Origin: Mobula hypostoma
Lineage: Eukaryota
Assembly (NCBI RefSeq): GCF_963921235.1
Contig: NC_086108.1
Coordinates: forward strand, 64,730,001 to 64,794,000
Direction of reading: 5' to 3'
DNA length: 64,000 nt
Both the position numbers and the translations under genes were made by a program. The notes beneath the pieces were generated by a model, which worked only from the letters and a program-made list of their open reading frames with translations, did not search any database and was not told where the DNA came from. Shown here one piece after another: positions 24,734-38,471 of this stretch. Within the stretch, counting starts at the first letter, position 1. Every line of letters begins with the position of its first letter.

Positions 24734-27499
24734 TATTAATTTAATGTGGATGCCACTGACAATGGTATTATGGTTAAGTTCCTAGACTTTCATCCAGAGA
24801 ATTTTGAATTGAATGGTTTGGTAAAGCATTTCAGGGACAGCGACAGCACATTGTCAAGCACATTGACGGCTACACTGAGTGAGGGTGAATTCCTTCTCTT
24901 AAGAAGGTTAGTTGATTGTTTTTAGGTTCATGGTTTACATTGTACTAAATATGCTTAATTATTTGAATTTAAATTTCTAGTTTTTGTAATATGAGCATAT
25001 GTCTCTGGATCAATACTTCCATCCTCAAGATGCTAACTCAGTTATGTAACAAACATAGCCACTGCACTCTTACTGTATTGCAATAATGACTATGTTAAAA
25101 AATAAATTATAATTGTCTTGGAACACTCAGTAATTTGGGAAACAAATCACTTTGAAAGTGCAAATGTCATGTTCAGCACCATATACTGTACATCTTTAAA
25201 ATGAAATTTTGAGGATAATACACAAATTGCCTCGCACTGGCTAATGCTGGCAGTTCTGAACATTAATGGCATAAAATTTGGACTTCCAGGCTTGCACTGT
25301 GAAACCTGAAAATCCCTAACTTTCTAACCAACTGATAATGCCAAAATTGTCAGTTCTCTTCACTGCTGGACCACCATGGATCCAAAAGCGATTTCAGTTT
25401 TGCTGAGATTAAATTGGGCAAATGTATCTTGGACCCTTTATCAGGTTCGATAAGATCCAGATAAATAAGCCCACTGATTTCAGTGAAGATTGTAGAGCTC
25501 TGGGCTAGAAGCAGAGAACAGTTAAGTTTCTTTACTAAGACTATTTTGCTTAAACTATAGTTTAAACAAAATATAACTATATATTTGTAATTATAATGTA
25601 ATAATCATGTAAAGTGATTTACTTTAAATATTAATCGCTTTAAATTTCAGAAAGTAATGGTACCAAATAAATTATCCTCCCAGCCTTTACAAGCTGCCGT
25701 ACCTGGGGCTCTACCCACAGTCAAAACTTACATGGGTACTTTAGGGGTGAGGTAACTTCTTAATGTATCTGAGTTCCTGCCAATGTTCAGGTAATGTCAC
25801 TAGAGTCCAGTACAGTATATTTAGGGCTAGTGAGATGCACAGTTTGTGACCAGATGAGGGAAGTATAGGTAATGGGAGATTATGAGTGATGATGGACTAG
25901 GCCAGGAAGATTTGGCTCCATGTTTCTTCTGAGGCGTTAATGTGGTTGTGCTGCGCAAAGCTTTAAAGATCTTTCTGTATGCAAAATTTTAGGTAGTTTT
26001 GAATACATCATCTTATGATAGCTTTTAATGTAATTTATAGCATTTAATGTAATCTATAGCATTGAAAGATTGTATAAAAAGCATGCAGAATCTTGTAAAT
26101 GAATTAATATTGTGCAGCATAATAAATGATACTATCAGAATAATGATTGAGATATTCTTCAGTTGGTTAAGGGAAATTGGAAAAATAAATTTCATTTGGA
26201 GTGATATGTTGCAGTGTTTCCCTCCTGTAGATATTTGAGAATGAAGTGGGGAAGAATTATTTAGACTATAAACTGGAAGTCACTTTTCTGTTATTGTTGG
26301 CCCAACTCAGTTTGTAGAATTTGGTATATCAGGCTGCCTTCTTTTGAAGAAGCTCCTGTCACAGATCAGACAGGTCAAGTTGCAAGTCAATGGCTAATCA
26401 GTTCACACAGCAGATTGTCTGCCTTCAGCTTGAATTATCTCAGTCAGACATCCTGGCTAGTTCCGTCAGAAATGTCTGATGGCTTAAGCCTGGAAGGACC
26501 CAGAGCTTGGCAACCATTAAGCCTGAGATGAAAAAAAAAGAAATCCTATCTCGATTGGTACTTTTCCCATCTTGGTTCCCCCACTGTAGATCGATGGACT
26601 GATCAATAGCTGGTTTTGAGTTGTTCATTCTGCTGCAGACTTTTTAATGGAAACCTTGTGGCTCAGCACAAGCTTTTATCGTGTGTCAGAGGGGTTTGAT
26701 TTCTACTGCAGCTGGCAGAGGCTTGATTTGATTCCCAGTGACAGCTTGTGTAACTTGAGTAGGGAAGGGAATCAACATTAACAAGTACTGATCAATCTCA
26801 ACACCATTTCTTAGTTGAAGCAAATATTGCTGTTTGGATAAAATATATGAATGTGGATTTATTAGACTGCTTTCTGAACATTAATGGGTTGCAAAGGTTG
26901 TGATAAAAATGATTCAGTGTTAGACCAACATATGTCATTGTTTACTGATTTTCCAGATTGAATCTTAAAGTTATGAATTACAATCCAGGACCCCTGCTTA
27001 TGAATTGGAGTTTTTAAGGACAATCATGTAACTATTTGCAATTTCAAGCAATCTTTGTTGCTAATGATGTAATACTCAAGGGAAATCTTTCTTCCACACA
27101 TAAAAAATAAATCTGCAGTTTTTATGAAAACATATTTGTTACATCCCTGCCTCAGAGGAGTGAAAAAGCTGATACATCGTGAAAGATACAGTAAAGTTTG
27201 GTTAAGTTTTAAACTGGCCATTTATTCTCCAAAAGCACAAGATTGCTTTGCTCATCTGCGTAAAGATAGATTAACTATTCAGGCTGTGTCTAGGCAGGTA
27301 GAATTAAATAATGATCAATTCGTGTAGTAGTTTATTGCAAAGAATATATGTCACTTTCTGCAATAAAACAATAATTTGAATAACTAATACAGTAAACTAT
27401 GTATTTGTAGATGTGTTCCTTTTGCCAGGGAAAAAAATAAACACAACAGTGAAGGATTCATTGTTAGAGTATAGAAACATGTGATAATAACTGGTAAAT

Positions 27500-27750
27500 G
27501 CATAATAGTTCAAGAGAAACTTGCTGATCTAGAAATGGTTAGTATGTTGAATTTGCTACCCTGAAAAGATAGTGGAAATTGATAACGTAGATGTATTTCA
27601 GAAAAAGCTAGGTCAACATGAAACAGAAAGGAATAAAAGGAAATGCCAATAGGGTGAGATTAAGTCAGGTGGAAGAAGACTTGTGTGAAGTATAAAATGT
27701 AGTACATATCAGCGGGTAGAATGCCTTTTCTGTGCTGCTAATTCTCTGCA
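27500..27750 (+). mobile_element. Old CR1 3' remnant
   Basis: Degenerate CR1-like C-terminus and UTR ending TTTCTGTGCTGCTAATTCTCTG. Confidence 0.5.
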
Positions 27751-27851
27751 TTTCAACTTCGTATGAAAATGCCAAAGATACATTAACTATAACTAGTTAA
27801 TGTTTTCACAGAGGTAGAGGAATGTTAGATTTATCTGCAATTAAGTATTTT

Positions 27852-27965
27852 AAAGTTCAAAATAAATTTATTTTCATATATTTCATCATAAACTACCCTG
27901 AGATTCATTTTCTTGCAGGCATTCACAGAAATACAATAAAATCAATGAAAAACTGCAATACAATA
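27852..27965 (-). mobile_element. Rex1-like LINE 3' tail remnant
   Basis: AAAGTTCAAAATAAATTTATT..ACCCTGAGATTCATTTTCTTG, the inverse of the tail at 63110-63188. Confidence 0.6.
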
Positions 27966-28853
27966 AATTAAATATTGCTATTGTGTTTTATATCAACATT
28001 TCCTCAATACATAACCAACTTGTCAAAGTTTCATTCCAGACATTGTTTGTATTGCCGGTTGCTATTGTTGGTCTGTTCTTATGGAGCTTGGAAGAATATC
28101 TAATGCCTATTATGATAGGACCATTCTCACAATGGAGCTTATTGCATCAAAATCTGAATCTTCATTTACTACAAAAACAGACAAATATTCACTTCTTTAA
28201 TATATACAGCCATTAGCTTCAGGCTTTATATAGTCCAGGATAAGTTATTTGCATGAGGGATATTACTACCAATAGACTTAATAAATACTTTCTTTGGAGT
28301 TAACCAGATGGGATTGTGGTATGTATGATCAACGTAATGTGTGAACCTGTAGTTACTGAGATAAACATCAATGCGGTTGTAGAACGACCTTGTCCTCGAA
28401 ATACCTTGTATCAAGCATACCATATTTGCTGACCATTCGCTCAATATCCAGGAATTGTTTTCATCTGGTAATATTGAGGAACCATCCTCATTTAAAAAAA
28501 ACACAAGAGTTGAGAGAGGAAACCTAGCACCAGATGTCAAAAACTGTCCTCAGATTCTGAGAACAACTAATAGTTTCAAAAATAAACAACAAAAATACTG
28601 TAAGACTCAAATGTAAATAAAATGTGATGGTAATTCTCAGCAGACCATGCAGCATCTGAAGAGAGAAAATAACAAAAGGTATACTTTCAGGTTAATAACT
28701 TTTCTGAATTGTTCTTTCCACAGATCTACTTGATGTTATAAGTATTTCCAGCATTGTCTATTTTTAAAAAATCAAATAACAAAACATGAAAAGTGTGCTT
28801 AGAACATTCAAGCAAATAATAGTTTAACTCCTGTGTGTAATGCTTTTACTCAC

Positions 28854-29763
28854 AAAATAATCTGCAGATGCTGGGGTCAAAGCAACAATCACAACATGCT
28901 GGAGGAACTCAGCAGGTCGGGCAGCATCCGTGGAAATGATCAGTTGTCGTTTCAGGCCAGAACCCTTTGTCAGGACTGTAGAGGGAAGGGGCAGAGGCCC
29001 TATAAAGAAGGTGGGGGGAGGGTGGGAAGGAGAAGGCTGGTAGGTTCCAGGTGAAAAACCAGTAAGGGCAAAGATAAAAGGGTGGGGGAAGGGAGGCAGG
29101 GAAGTGATAGGCAGGAAAGGTGAAGAAAGAATGGGGGAAAACACAATGGGTAGTAGAAGGAGGTGGAACCAAGAGGGAGGTGATAGGCAGCTGGGGGAAG
29201 GGGGCAGAGTGACATAGGGATAGGGGAAGGGAGGGGGAAGGAATTACCGGAAGTTGGAGAATTCTGTGTTCATACCAAGGGGTTGGAGACTACCTAGAAG
29301 TATATGGGGTGTTGCTCCTCCCACCTGAGTTTTACCAACCCGAAAACTCAGGTTGGAGGAGCAACACCTCATATACCGTCTAGGTAGTCTTCAGCCCCTT
29401 GGTATAAACACAGAATTCTCCAACTTCCAGTAATTCCCTTCCCCTATCCCTATGTCACCCTGCACCCTGCCCCCTCCCCCAGCTGCCTACCACCTCCCTC
29501 TTGGTTCCGCCTCCTTCTACTACCCATTGTGTTTTCCCCTATTCTTTCTTCACCTTTCCTGCCTATCACCTCCCTGCCTCCCTTCCCCCACCCCTTTATC
29601 TTTCCCCTTACTGGTTTTTCACCTGGAACCTACCAGCCTTCTCCTTCCCACCCTCCCCCCACCTTCTTTATAGGGCCTCTGCCCCTTCCCTCTTCAGTCC
29701 TGATGAAGGGTTCTGGCCCAAAACGTCAACTGATCGTTTCCACGGATGCTGCCCGACCTGCTG
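28854..29763. mobile_element. Near-symmetric fold-back PLE insertion (second subfamily)
   Basis: Paired arms 28910-29333 and 29343-29763 with 9-nt spacer ACCAACCCG. TSD AATGCTTTTA(C/T)TCAC at 28839-28853 and 29764-29778. Arms hold the GIY-YIG C-terminus (LEEQHLIYRLGSLQP), a pyrimidine tract and decayed hammerhead motifs. Confidence 0.92.
29696..29731 (+). ncRNA. Hammerhead motif, degenerate (GAAA>AAAA)
   Basis: AGTC CTGATGA AGGGTTCTGGCCC AAAAC GTC AACT. Confidence 0.5.
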
Positions 29764-30644
29764 AATGCTTTTATTCACTGTCAAAAGTGTGGCAGACAGC
29801 TTTGGAAGTTATGCATATTGAATGGAGGCTAGAGTGGCTCTCTAATATAGTTTTTTTTTCTGTAAGTATGGTCACTGCTCAGGCTCGAAAAATATTGGAT
29901 ACAATAATGTCAACATTTAGAAAATGACAGAACTGTTGAGCCAAGCATTATTGAAACATCAACTTTATCCTAAGCTATATTGGTTTCACTATGGTCAAGC
30001 ACCAAATGAGCTTTTGATCTATTTTAACTTAATAGAATCATAAAATAATATTGTTATGAAGAAGAGGCTATGTTGTCCTCTCAATCCATCCTGGCTCTTT
30101 GGAGAATAGTACTATTACTGCACTTTTAAATCTTTAGTTTGACAACATTTCCCTCAAGTGCATGACCCTCAGAGCACGAATTGGATGGGTACCCAAGCTT
30201 ACAGTTTTAGAAGTGGGTATGTTGTATCAAAACTGTAATGCTTTGTGGCACTTACCTTTAGTGACTCCATTTTACGTATTTTGGGTTTTGTTCCAACTTA
30301 TTGATAATGCATGCATGGAACTTGTTTCAATGATATTGATTGCCTTCAATAGCATTGAACAGAAATCGACTGAGGTTTGTTGCACCAGTTGGGTTTATTA
30401 ACCTCATGGGGAAGTGATTTAAATAATCATGCTCTGGGCCAATTAGAGAACATTTGGCAATTATGAAAGGAATTGTGTAAATCCCAACTACTTCCCTTGG
30501 GAAGAGGGAGGAAATGAAAGTGCAGTCAAACATTGGCTTTCTTGGTTCAGAACACGTGTTTCTATATTAAAGGTTGCCCAGTTACAAATTTCAGGGAGAC
30601 AAAATGTATTTCTACAAACTTGGTGATAAAGTGCTGTTTTCAAG

Positions 30645-31370
30645 CCATAAGGAGTTATAGTCATACAGCACAGAAACAGGCCCTAATACCTACTGTGCCG
30701 ATAGTCAAGCACTTGGTCCATAGCCGTATATACTTTGACAATTCAAGTGCTCATCTAAATACCTAAAGAGTGTGAGAGCCTCTTCCACTGCCACCATCCC
30801 AGGCAGTGTATTCCAGATCCCAGTCATTCTTTCGATTGAAAAGATTTTTACTCAATTCCTTCTAAACCTAGTGTTGTTTATCCTGAACCTAGGTTTAGAT
30901 TTAAAATTTTTTACATTTCCTGATATCTACCATACCTATGTCCTTCATCATTTCATGTAACTGTTAGGTCACTCCTCAGACTACTGATTTCCAAACACGG
31001 ATAAACACAGCTGATCCATTCTCTCCTCACAACTGGAAGACTCCATCCTTAACAATGCCCTAGTAAATTTTTTCTGCAGCATCTCTAGTACAGCTGTTTC
31101 ACAACTTCCCTGTTCTTGTATTCAATGCCCTGCAAGTATCATTTATATCTTCTTGATCACCTCATCCATGTACATTTGCTACCTTCAAGGATCCTAGACC
31201 CTAGATCCCACTGCTTCTCATTATTAATGCACTACCATTCTGTGTGCCTGTCTCATCCTTAGTAGCTCCCCCAAAGCACGTCACCTCATACTTACTAAGA
31301 TTAAAGTCTAGCTGCCATTTAGTCTGCCCGTTTTACCAAATGATCAATATTGTCCTTGACCCTAAGATTA
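30645..31370 (-). mobile_element. Old CR1 LINE 3' half
   Basis: Inverse tail CATAGCACAGAAACAGGCCC-like, followed by decayed RT C-terminal sequence. Confidence 0.6.
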
Positions 31371-34300
31371 TCCAATTCCCTTTTTTAAAAAAAATACTAC
31401 TTGTTTTTCAGTTGTGTGGATCTGTAGGTAGCTGAAGTCAGTTTGGGTGTCCAAAGACTTAAATGTGTAAGATTCCATATAATTCACCTCTGGTATTTGT
31501 ATTTTTTTCCAAAAAAAAACTTAATTCATCCCATTAATTCTTGCTAATTGAAGATTATAATGTAAAAATAGAAGAGCAATTCCACTGCAGAGAGGCAATA
31601 TTTTCTCATTCCATTGTCCAAATTAACTTCATAACCTCCATTTCTGACTGATATTTTTGTAAACTAATAATTTGGTTTGTAATCTGGATGTTACATAATC
31701 ACATGAATTAGAGAGAAAGTAATCTGCTTGTCATTAATTCAATCAGAAAGAATAACAGCATTTTATTGATACTAATTAGTGATTAACAAGGGCTCAGAGT
31801 CCGCTGCTTATCTTGTAAGTGAAAACTATCAAAACTTGGCACGCTTTATGTTTGCTTTCAGTTCTGTTTTACAAGCAGTAAGACAAATGGCAGCATGGCT
31901 GGGCAAGTTTGCATGCAGAAGAGAGGTGAGAAGGAATTTCTGCCCATCATTTTATCCCCATCATTCCCTAAGCTAGGTTCCCAGCCACTATAGCAAGAAA
32001 AGCCAGAGGTGTTACAGCAACAACTGAGGTTTAGGAGCCGCAGAAGATTCATTTTGTGTGGCCATCTTTTAACTTCCACAAGGTCTTGTATCTGCATCTG
32101 CCAAAGTCCTGTGGAGTTCCCTGGTGTGAGTGAGGGCATAGCAATGAACCAAGAAACAAATGTGTTTTGGGAGCACAGCTCCTTGCAATTACTTTCATGT
32201 TGTCTGGACCCTGCCACTTTCTGTTGTAACAGGAGGGAAGGATAAATTCAGGTTGGTGGTGTGAAGGGGAGAGATGCTGCAATAGGTTTTCCAACCATTT
32301 TTTAGTGTTTGTTGTTATGTGACTGGTTTAGGAAAGGAAACCAACTCTGGGTTTATGGATAAAATACAAAGCCAAATGCAGAACTTTTGACATGGTCTGT
32401 AATATGAAAGATGATATGGTAGAAATTTAGGACAAAGACAATGGTTCATTGTATTAACATGATACTTAATACATCTTTGAAAACATAATTCCTCCAAAAC
32501 TTTTCTATCTGAAAACATACAGTTTCTTTGCCTGTTTCAAACTTTCTATGCACTACTTTAATTCTGCATTATAAATGTCTGTTTTGATGTAATGTTTGGG
32601 GGCTTAAAATATTCAAGAGATTATTTTTGTAAATAGCTTTCTTTGCTTGAGGTTTGGAAAATGCAGCTGCTGTCCACATTTTGTGGAAGGTATCCGTGAT
32701 GAGCAATGGCTTCCAACTACAAACGTTTGTATTTCCCTTTTGTACAAATTGAGGATCTAACATGTAGCTTGCCCATTACCCCAGCTCTAACTCTGTTCAC
32801 ACCCCAGCTGTACATTAGTATTCAATGTGTAATTTTCTAGCAGCTTTTTCTCCAGTGCATGCTAACAGATGCGGTACTACTTTATCCTGACTGCCATGGC
32901 AGTTAGACCCCCGACCTCTCATTAAGGAATTTATACAAAGCTGCACATCAGGAGGACTTAAGTTGGCATAAATAGTTGATGTGAATATCCTGCTTATCTT
33001 CCTCTGGGAGAAAGAGAGTGGACCTCACGTGACAGGCTGGTAATTTCAGTGCCAGCTCTTGTCCAGACTGATTCTGAGTAAAAATTGAGTGCAGTGGGAG
33101 GGATCCCATCAGAGTCAATATATTGTGACTAACATTGAATAGGATGCTTGATGCGGTTTTAGTGAAAGTGGTACAAAACTCAAATTGGGTCAGTAAAGGG
33201 GTTAAATACAATTAAGTTTGACACTCGATCGGAATAGAATTTTTAATTCTAATATCCCAGAATACCACACTAACTACCAGCACTTATCCAAAGCAAAACA
33301 CATCACTCATGCTATCCATTACTGTGCTATAATTATGTTAAGTGAAGCAGAACTGAATCGATACAGTAATTTATCAGTTTCCTGACTGAATATTCTTACG
33401 TGATACAAATTGTAGGTACAGTTGATTCCTTCTAAGTGATTAGCCTTTTTGCCACAAATTTTTATTCACTTTTGGACTTTTCTCTTCATAATGCTTTCCC
33501 CATTTTCTACTGTGATGCAGCAAATCCTACTTTGATAAAGAACACTCTAACAGTAAATTCAATTTGCAATATTCAGGCAAGTATGCAAAATGCAGCTGAA
33601 AGCAGCATAGAATATGACAGCAAGTAAACACTGGGCATAGAACTAAAGGTGTTTTTTTTTAATGTGAGATGATGAACAATAAATGTTACATAATAAATGA
33701 ATTTTATATTGATATACTGACCACTTAATAATTCCTGATATTTACATGTAATTTATATTTTAAATTTTGCTGAATTTTCAAATATTTTGTATTATATGTT
33801 GCTTATTAATTATGTTTAGCAGTTGGACATTACTGCTTTGAACTTAAATTTATGTGAAGAACCAGAGAAGATGACAAAACATGCTTTCATGTGTAAAACT
33901 TGAAATTATTTTTACCTGTTGTTTCATCTTCTAAAATCTTTGACCACAAATGGGCTCCTCTATAACTGAAATATTTTATGTGTTCGTTCCTTGTGTGATG
34001 TGACTCCTCGTGGGATATGTCTGTGTACCATAAGTTATTATATCAAAGAATGATATAATTATTTTGCATAGAAAGGATTTTTTCTTCTTTGGCAGGTCTT
34101 TTTTACATTGTGTTTGTACCAGCCTCCAGTAGATGAATCCTGTACGTTGTTGCTGTATTGCTGTATGAGAGAGGGAGGAAGATGGCTGTAAATATATTTA
34201 TTGATTTTCTGATGGAATTCTCCTTTGCATATATCAGAGGTTCACGGTTTACCTGTACTGCTCCACAGCACAGCATGCTGGTGTCATATTGTGATGTGGC

Positions 34301-34994
34301 CCATGTAGATCTGAATTGTCATATGGTCAAACAAAATGCATTTTTGATAATAGCTGTTTGACTGAGGAATTGCTGTGATTTTGGTTGTAACCTACTGCCA
34401 TTTAAAAGAGCAAAGTTTGGTGTCTGAACAATACCGGTGGTGTTATGTTTTTGCAATGTGCTATTTCACCATAAAATTGTTTTTGACATCTTACCTCAGT
34501 TTGAAGTTTGATGTGCCAAATACAGATTTTATTTCCTGGTTTAACATATTTTTGTTATAGTTCTGGTCTTTACTGAGAATGGAACCAAAAACTAATGAAT
34601 CGGGGTGCCATTGCATATTAACCAATGTTTTGGTCTGTTTACAATTTCCTTAGTTCAGCATTTTATGGATTAATATTTTAACAAACAAGTGGCTAGGCAT
34701 GGAAAAGAAAAATATTCAACAATTTTATTTGTCAGCATGAATTAGAACTTTCTTTTAGCTGTTGAGTTAGTTATGTACTGATTTTGTTGGCAGATTATAT
34801 TATGGAAATAGCGATAGACTATTACTGAAATAAGAACTCCTTTAGTTCTTGTAGCTTGGAGTCATATAGTGAGTGGCTGGGCTTTCTTGATTAAGTAAAT
34901 TTGAATTTGTATGCAGCCAAGATTATACCTATATTACCTGCACTTCATTAATTTGGACTAAATTAATTTCTTACCTGCTGTTCACTTAAGGTGT

Positions 34995-35490
34995 GATGGC
35001 GTGAACCGTGGCTGTGCCAGAGAAATTCTCAAAATGGTTGCCAAGCTCTAAAATGGCTGCCAAAGGCAAAGCCGAGCGCAAGTTCAATACTGTAACTGCG
35101 TTCTCAAGATTTTGTCTACAGTTTTTAAAGCAGAATGTGGCTGAATTTGGCAGCTGCTCCTTGGCACAGACAGCAATAATGTCATCCAGCAATTCAAGCA
35201 GTAAATATACAATTCACTTGCAGTAGTTGACAAGCTTGTGTACAGAGCACGAGATTGAGGGAAGCAAAACAGTTGTAACATGGCTGCCATTTAAAGGCCT
35301 TTGTCCTGTGTAAATGACCAGAATAAAAATTTCAAATTTTCTTTGAAAATCAGAACGTTGAACGAAAGTTTGCTTCGAAATCCATAGCTTTCAAGCACAA
35401 CCAGAATGAACCTTGTACTTATAACCTTGTACTTGAAATCAGGCATCATGAATCCGTAAGATGGCGTCTGCTACTACATAAAATGGCTGA
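34995..35490. promoter_or_regulatory. Cluster of YY1-like (AANATGGC) motifs in repeat-free DNA
   Basis: GATGGCG 34995, AAAATGGTTGCC 35031, AAAATGGCTGCC 35050, AACATGGCTGCCATTT 35277, AAGATGGCG 35458, AAAATGGCTG 35480. Confidence 0.4.
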
Positions 35491-37299
35491 TATGAAGCCA
35501 CGTCAGGATAGCATGTGCTGAAGTGCAAAGTGTTCTGCGCAGCCGTAGTTTACTTCAAACTTAAAGCCTGTTTTATTTCACTGCTACAGTGTGGAAATAC
35601 AGACCCTGACTTCAGCTCTTTTGTTTCTTGGCACATCATTAACAACTGGTAAATATTAAGAGGAAAATAAATTGACAAGCTGTTGTATTTTAGCCAACAT
35701 CTATTTTTGTGTCAGAGGAAACTAATGAAATATAAGTGATTAAATCATATTGACACTAGGGCTGATTAGGATTTTAGCACAGTGTAAATGCCAGAGACAG
35801 TGTCCAACTTCACAGTAAGTTGGCGATGGCATAGAGGGGATTCCCCCGTCTGTGTAGCACACAACCTGAACTTGGACATTGTGTTCAGATCTTGGATGTG
35901 TGCAGCTCAGAGCTTCTGCTGGTTTGCCTGGCACCAGTCCCAGAGTAGAATAAGGTGCTAAAATGGCAGTAAAGCTGAAAAAGGAAGGTAAAGGAGGGCA
36001 ACGAGCATCATTTTACCTTGAATGAAAACTGGATCAAGTTCAGGTTTTGCAGTGCAAACACAGTATTTCCGTGACTGATGAGTTGGCTGTGAAGATAGTT
36101 TTTTAGGATTATAGTGGCACTTGGCATGGAGTTGATGCTTTCAAGATACTAGATGCATATACACAAAGTTGCTTGCCAGAGGATGGCTTGTGTTGTACTG
36201 AATCTTGCCAAATAGAGCACAGCTTGGAAGAGAAATGAGAAATAGGGCAGTTCATTAGAGGTTAGCTCACTGGATATTCATCTCATCAGTTGATCAGTCA
36301 GGGTCATCATAAATAAAAGAGACATTGTTTGTTTTTTGGCTTGCTTATTATTGTATTCAAAAGTCTCTGTCGTGTAGTTCCAGAATTGTTCTGTTAGCCC
36401 TACTACGTTCCCAAATTATTATCAAGGAAGTTAGACACAGTATATTTAGGTGGTTATATAGCAAGGACACTTCTTGGCAGAAAGTTGCATTGGGCAGAAG
36501 GTTAAACATCTGTAAGCCCATTGACAACTTGAGTAAAATTTTTTAAAATATGAGACTGTTGTAAATAGATTAATGGCAGTTGACTTTCGCAGAAATGTAA
36601 ATTGCCTGGATGAAATACAGCAACAGGAGTAAGAGGCAGACAAAGTACAGGAAGAAAAGATGTATGAGAATACAAATTTTGCCTGAATATAAGACAAACA
36701 CCTCCACCAATACTGGAAAGGAAGGAATCTGTTCATTAATACTCAACAGCTTGGTAAGTGTACAATACTTACTTTATAAATGTCTTCTCTTATCGTATAA
36801 AACAATTGTTCATGAAATTTGGATCTAACAGGGTAATCAGACATAAGATAATAAATTTGCATAATTAGGACTCTTCAAATGTGGAACCCAGCTACGATAT
36901 CCAAACAATGTTTGTGTCGTTCTATGCTAGACCCTGTACATTTCTGTGTATACGCTCTTCAAAGCTACTTCAACAACACTTGACATCTATCAGCAATGAT
37001 GTAATCTCCTATATCTGTCCATAGATGAGTCAGCATCATCAATTTCTCTTGAGAGAACTCTGTCAATAATGATTTCAGAAGAACATACCAGACTGAAGTT
37101 TACCATTAACATTTCAGTCACAGCAAAAGCAGCATTCCAACGCATACTACTTAGAAAACAAGAGTTAATTTTCTTTTACTGGGTAATGGAGAGACCGATG
37201 GTTGAACAACATTTATACAGAACACTGTGTAAGCAATGAGCGAGGCAATATCAGAATGTGTCTGATACTCTATATATAGAGAATCCAAGTGAGTTAGGG

Positions 37300-37620
37300 A
37301 ATGAGGATCAGCAGCAATTAATCCTTTCTGACAGGTTTAATGTTTTTACAACCTGTGGGGACTCTAAACATTATGGGAAACCTGGCCAGAATAGTACAGT
37401 TAAAGCTGGAAGCTGTGCAAAGAAGAGGGGAAGCATAATATAGCAAATAGCAGGATTCAATAATAGGGGACATTCTGAATTGGGAGGGTGACATTAAAAG
37501 TCATGTATGGTACATTGTCTATCTGAAATTGGGGTAAGGAAACATTTTTGATGGGAAGGATCAACTGGCAAGAATTTATCTTGAACAGTGTACATGGTTT
37601 CTTGCTTGGAAGAGGTAAGG
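37300..37620 (+). mobile_element. Ancient CR1 ORF1 (esterase-like) remnant
   Basis: GGATTCAATAATAGGGGGAC gives DSIIG, like GDSIIRG; then MVHCLSEIGVR, like MVCCLPGARVR. Confidence 0.45.
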
Positions 37621-37640
37621 AGCTGAATTAAATAACTGTT

Positions 37641-38190
37641 TTTCAAAGGTCAAATTTAATGCCAGAGAAATGTGTACAATATACATCCTGAAATGCTTTT
37701 TCTTCACAAACATCCACAAAAACAGAGAAGAGCCCCAAAGAATGAACAACAGTTAAATGTGAGAACCCCAAAGTCCCATCCAGCTCCCCTTTCTGCGCGT
37801 AAGCGGTAGCAAGCAACGATCCCCCTCCCCCCACCAGCAAAAGTAATGCGCATCGGTAGCATCACGAAGCCCAAGCGTATGCTGAGCAATAGCAAAGACA
37901 CAGACCTAAGTTACCCCAAAGGCTTCGCATTTCATCTGACATTCGACAAACCAAAGGTTCTCTCTCTCCCTGGCAAGGGCAGAGGGAGCTGTCCCCCACT
38001 TTCACAGCAAGCGGGAGACGTAACAACAACCGGCTGGTTTACGATGTTAAAAGTCCGTTTCATCTCTTTTTTCGAGCTCTGTGTCTGAAGATCGCAAAGA
38101 CCTCGGGTCTTCAGGCCCACAGCGAAAGATTTTCCAGCCTCCCTGACGACACCGATCTCTTGCCGTGACACCGACCATTGATCATGGGTC
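37641..38190 (-). mobile_element. Non-coding retroposon fragment with Rex1-like 3' tail
   Basis: Inverse tail TTCAAAGGTCAAATTTAATG..TACAATATACATCCTGAAAT; CpG-rich relative to the flanks. Confidence 0.55.
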
Positions 38191-38238
38191 TAAATTTGTG
38201 GCTATCACCTTCAACAAGAAAATTAACATTGTGGAAGG

Positions 38239-38388
38239 AAGCAACACACACACAATGCTGGAGGAACTCAGCAGGCCAGGCAACATCTATAGAAAACAGT
38301 ACAGTCAACGTTTTGGGCTGACACCCTTTATCAATACTGGAGTTCCTCCAGTGTTTTGTGTGCATCTGAAGATTTTCTCTAGTTTGTG
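38239..38388. mobile_element. Miniature fold-back PLE-end insertion
   Basis: TGGAGGAACTC and GAGTTCCTCCA inverted; 11-bp TSD ATTGTGGAAGG at 38228-38238 and 38389-38399. Confidence 0.75.
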
Positions 38389-38471
38389 ATTGTGGAAGGC
38401 AGATTATCTAGGCAAATGCACCAAAAAGAGTGGTTTGAAAAAGATTTTATTCAAGGGATACTAGCACAAAT

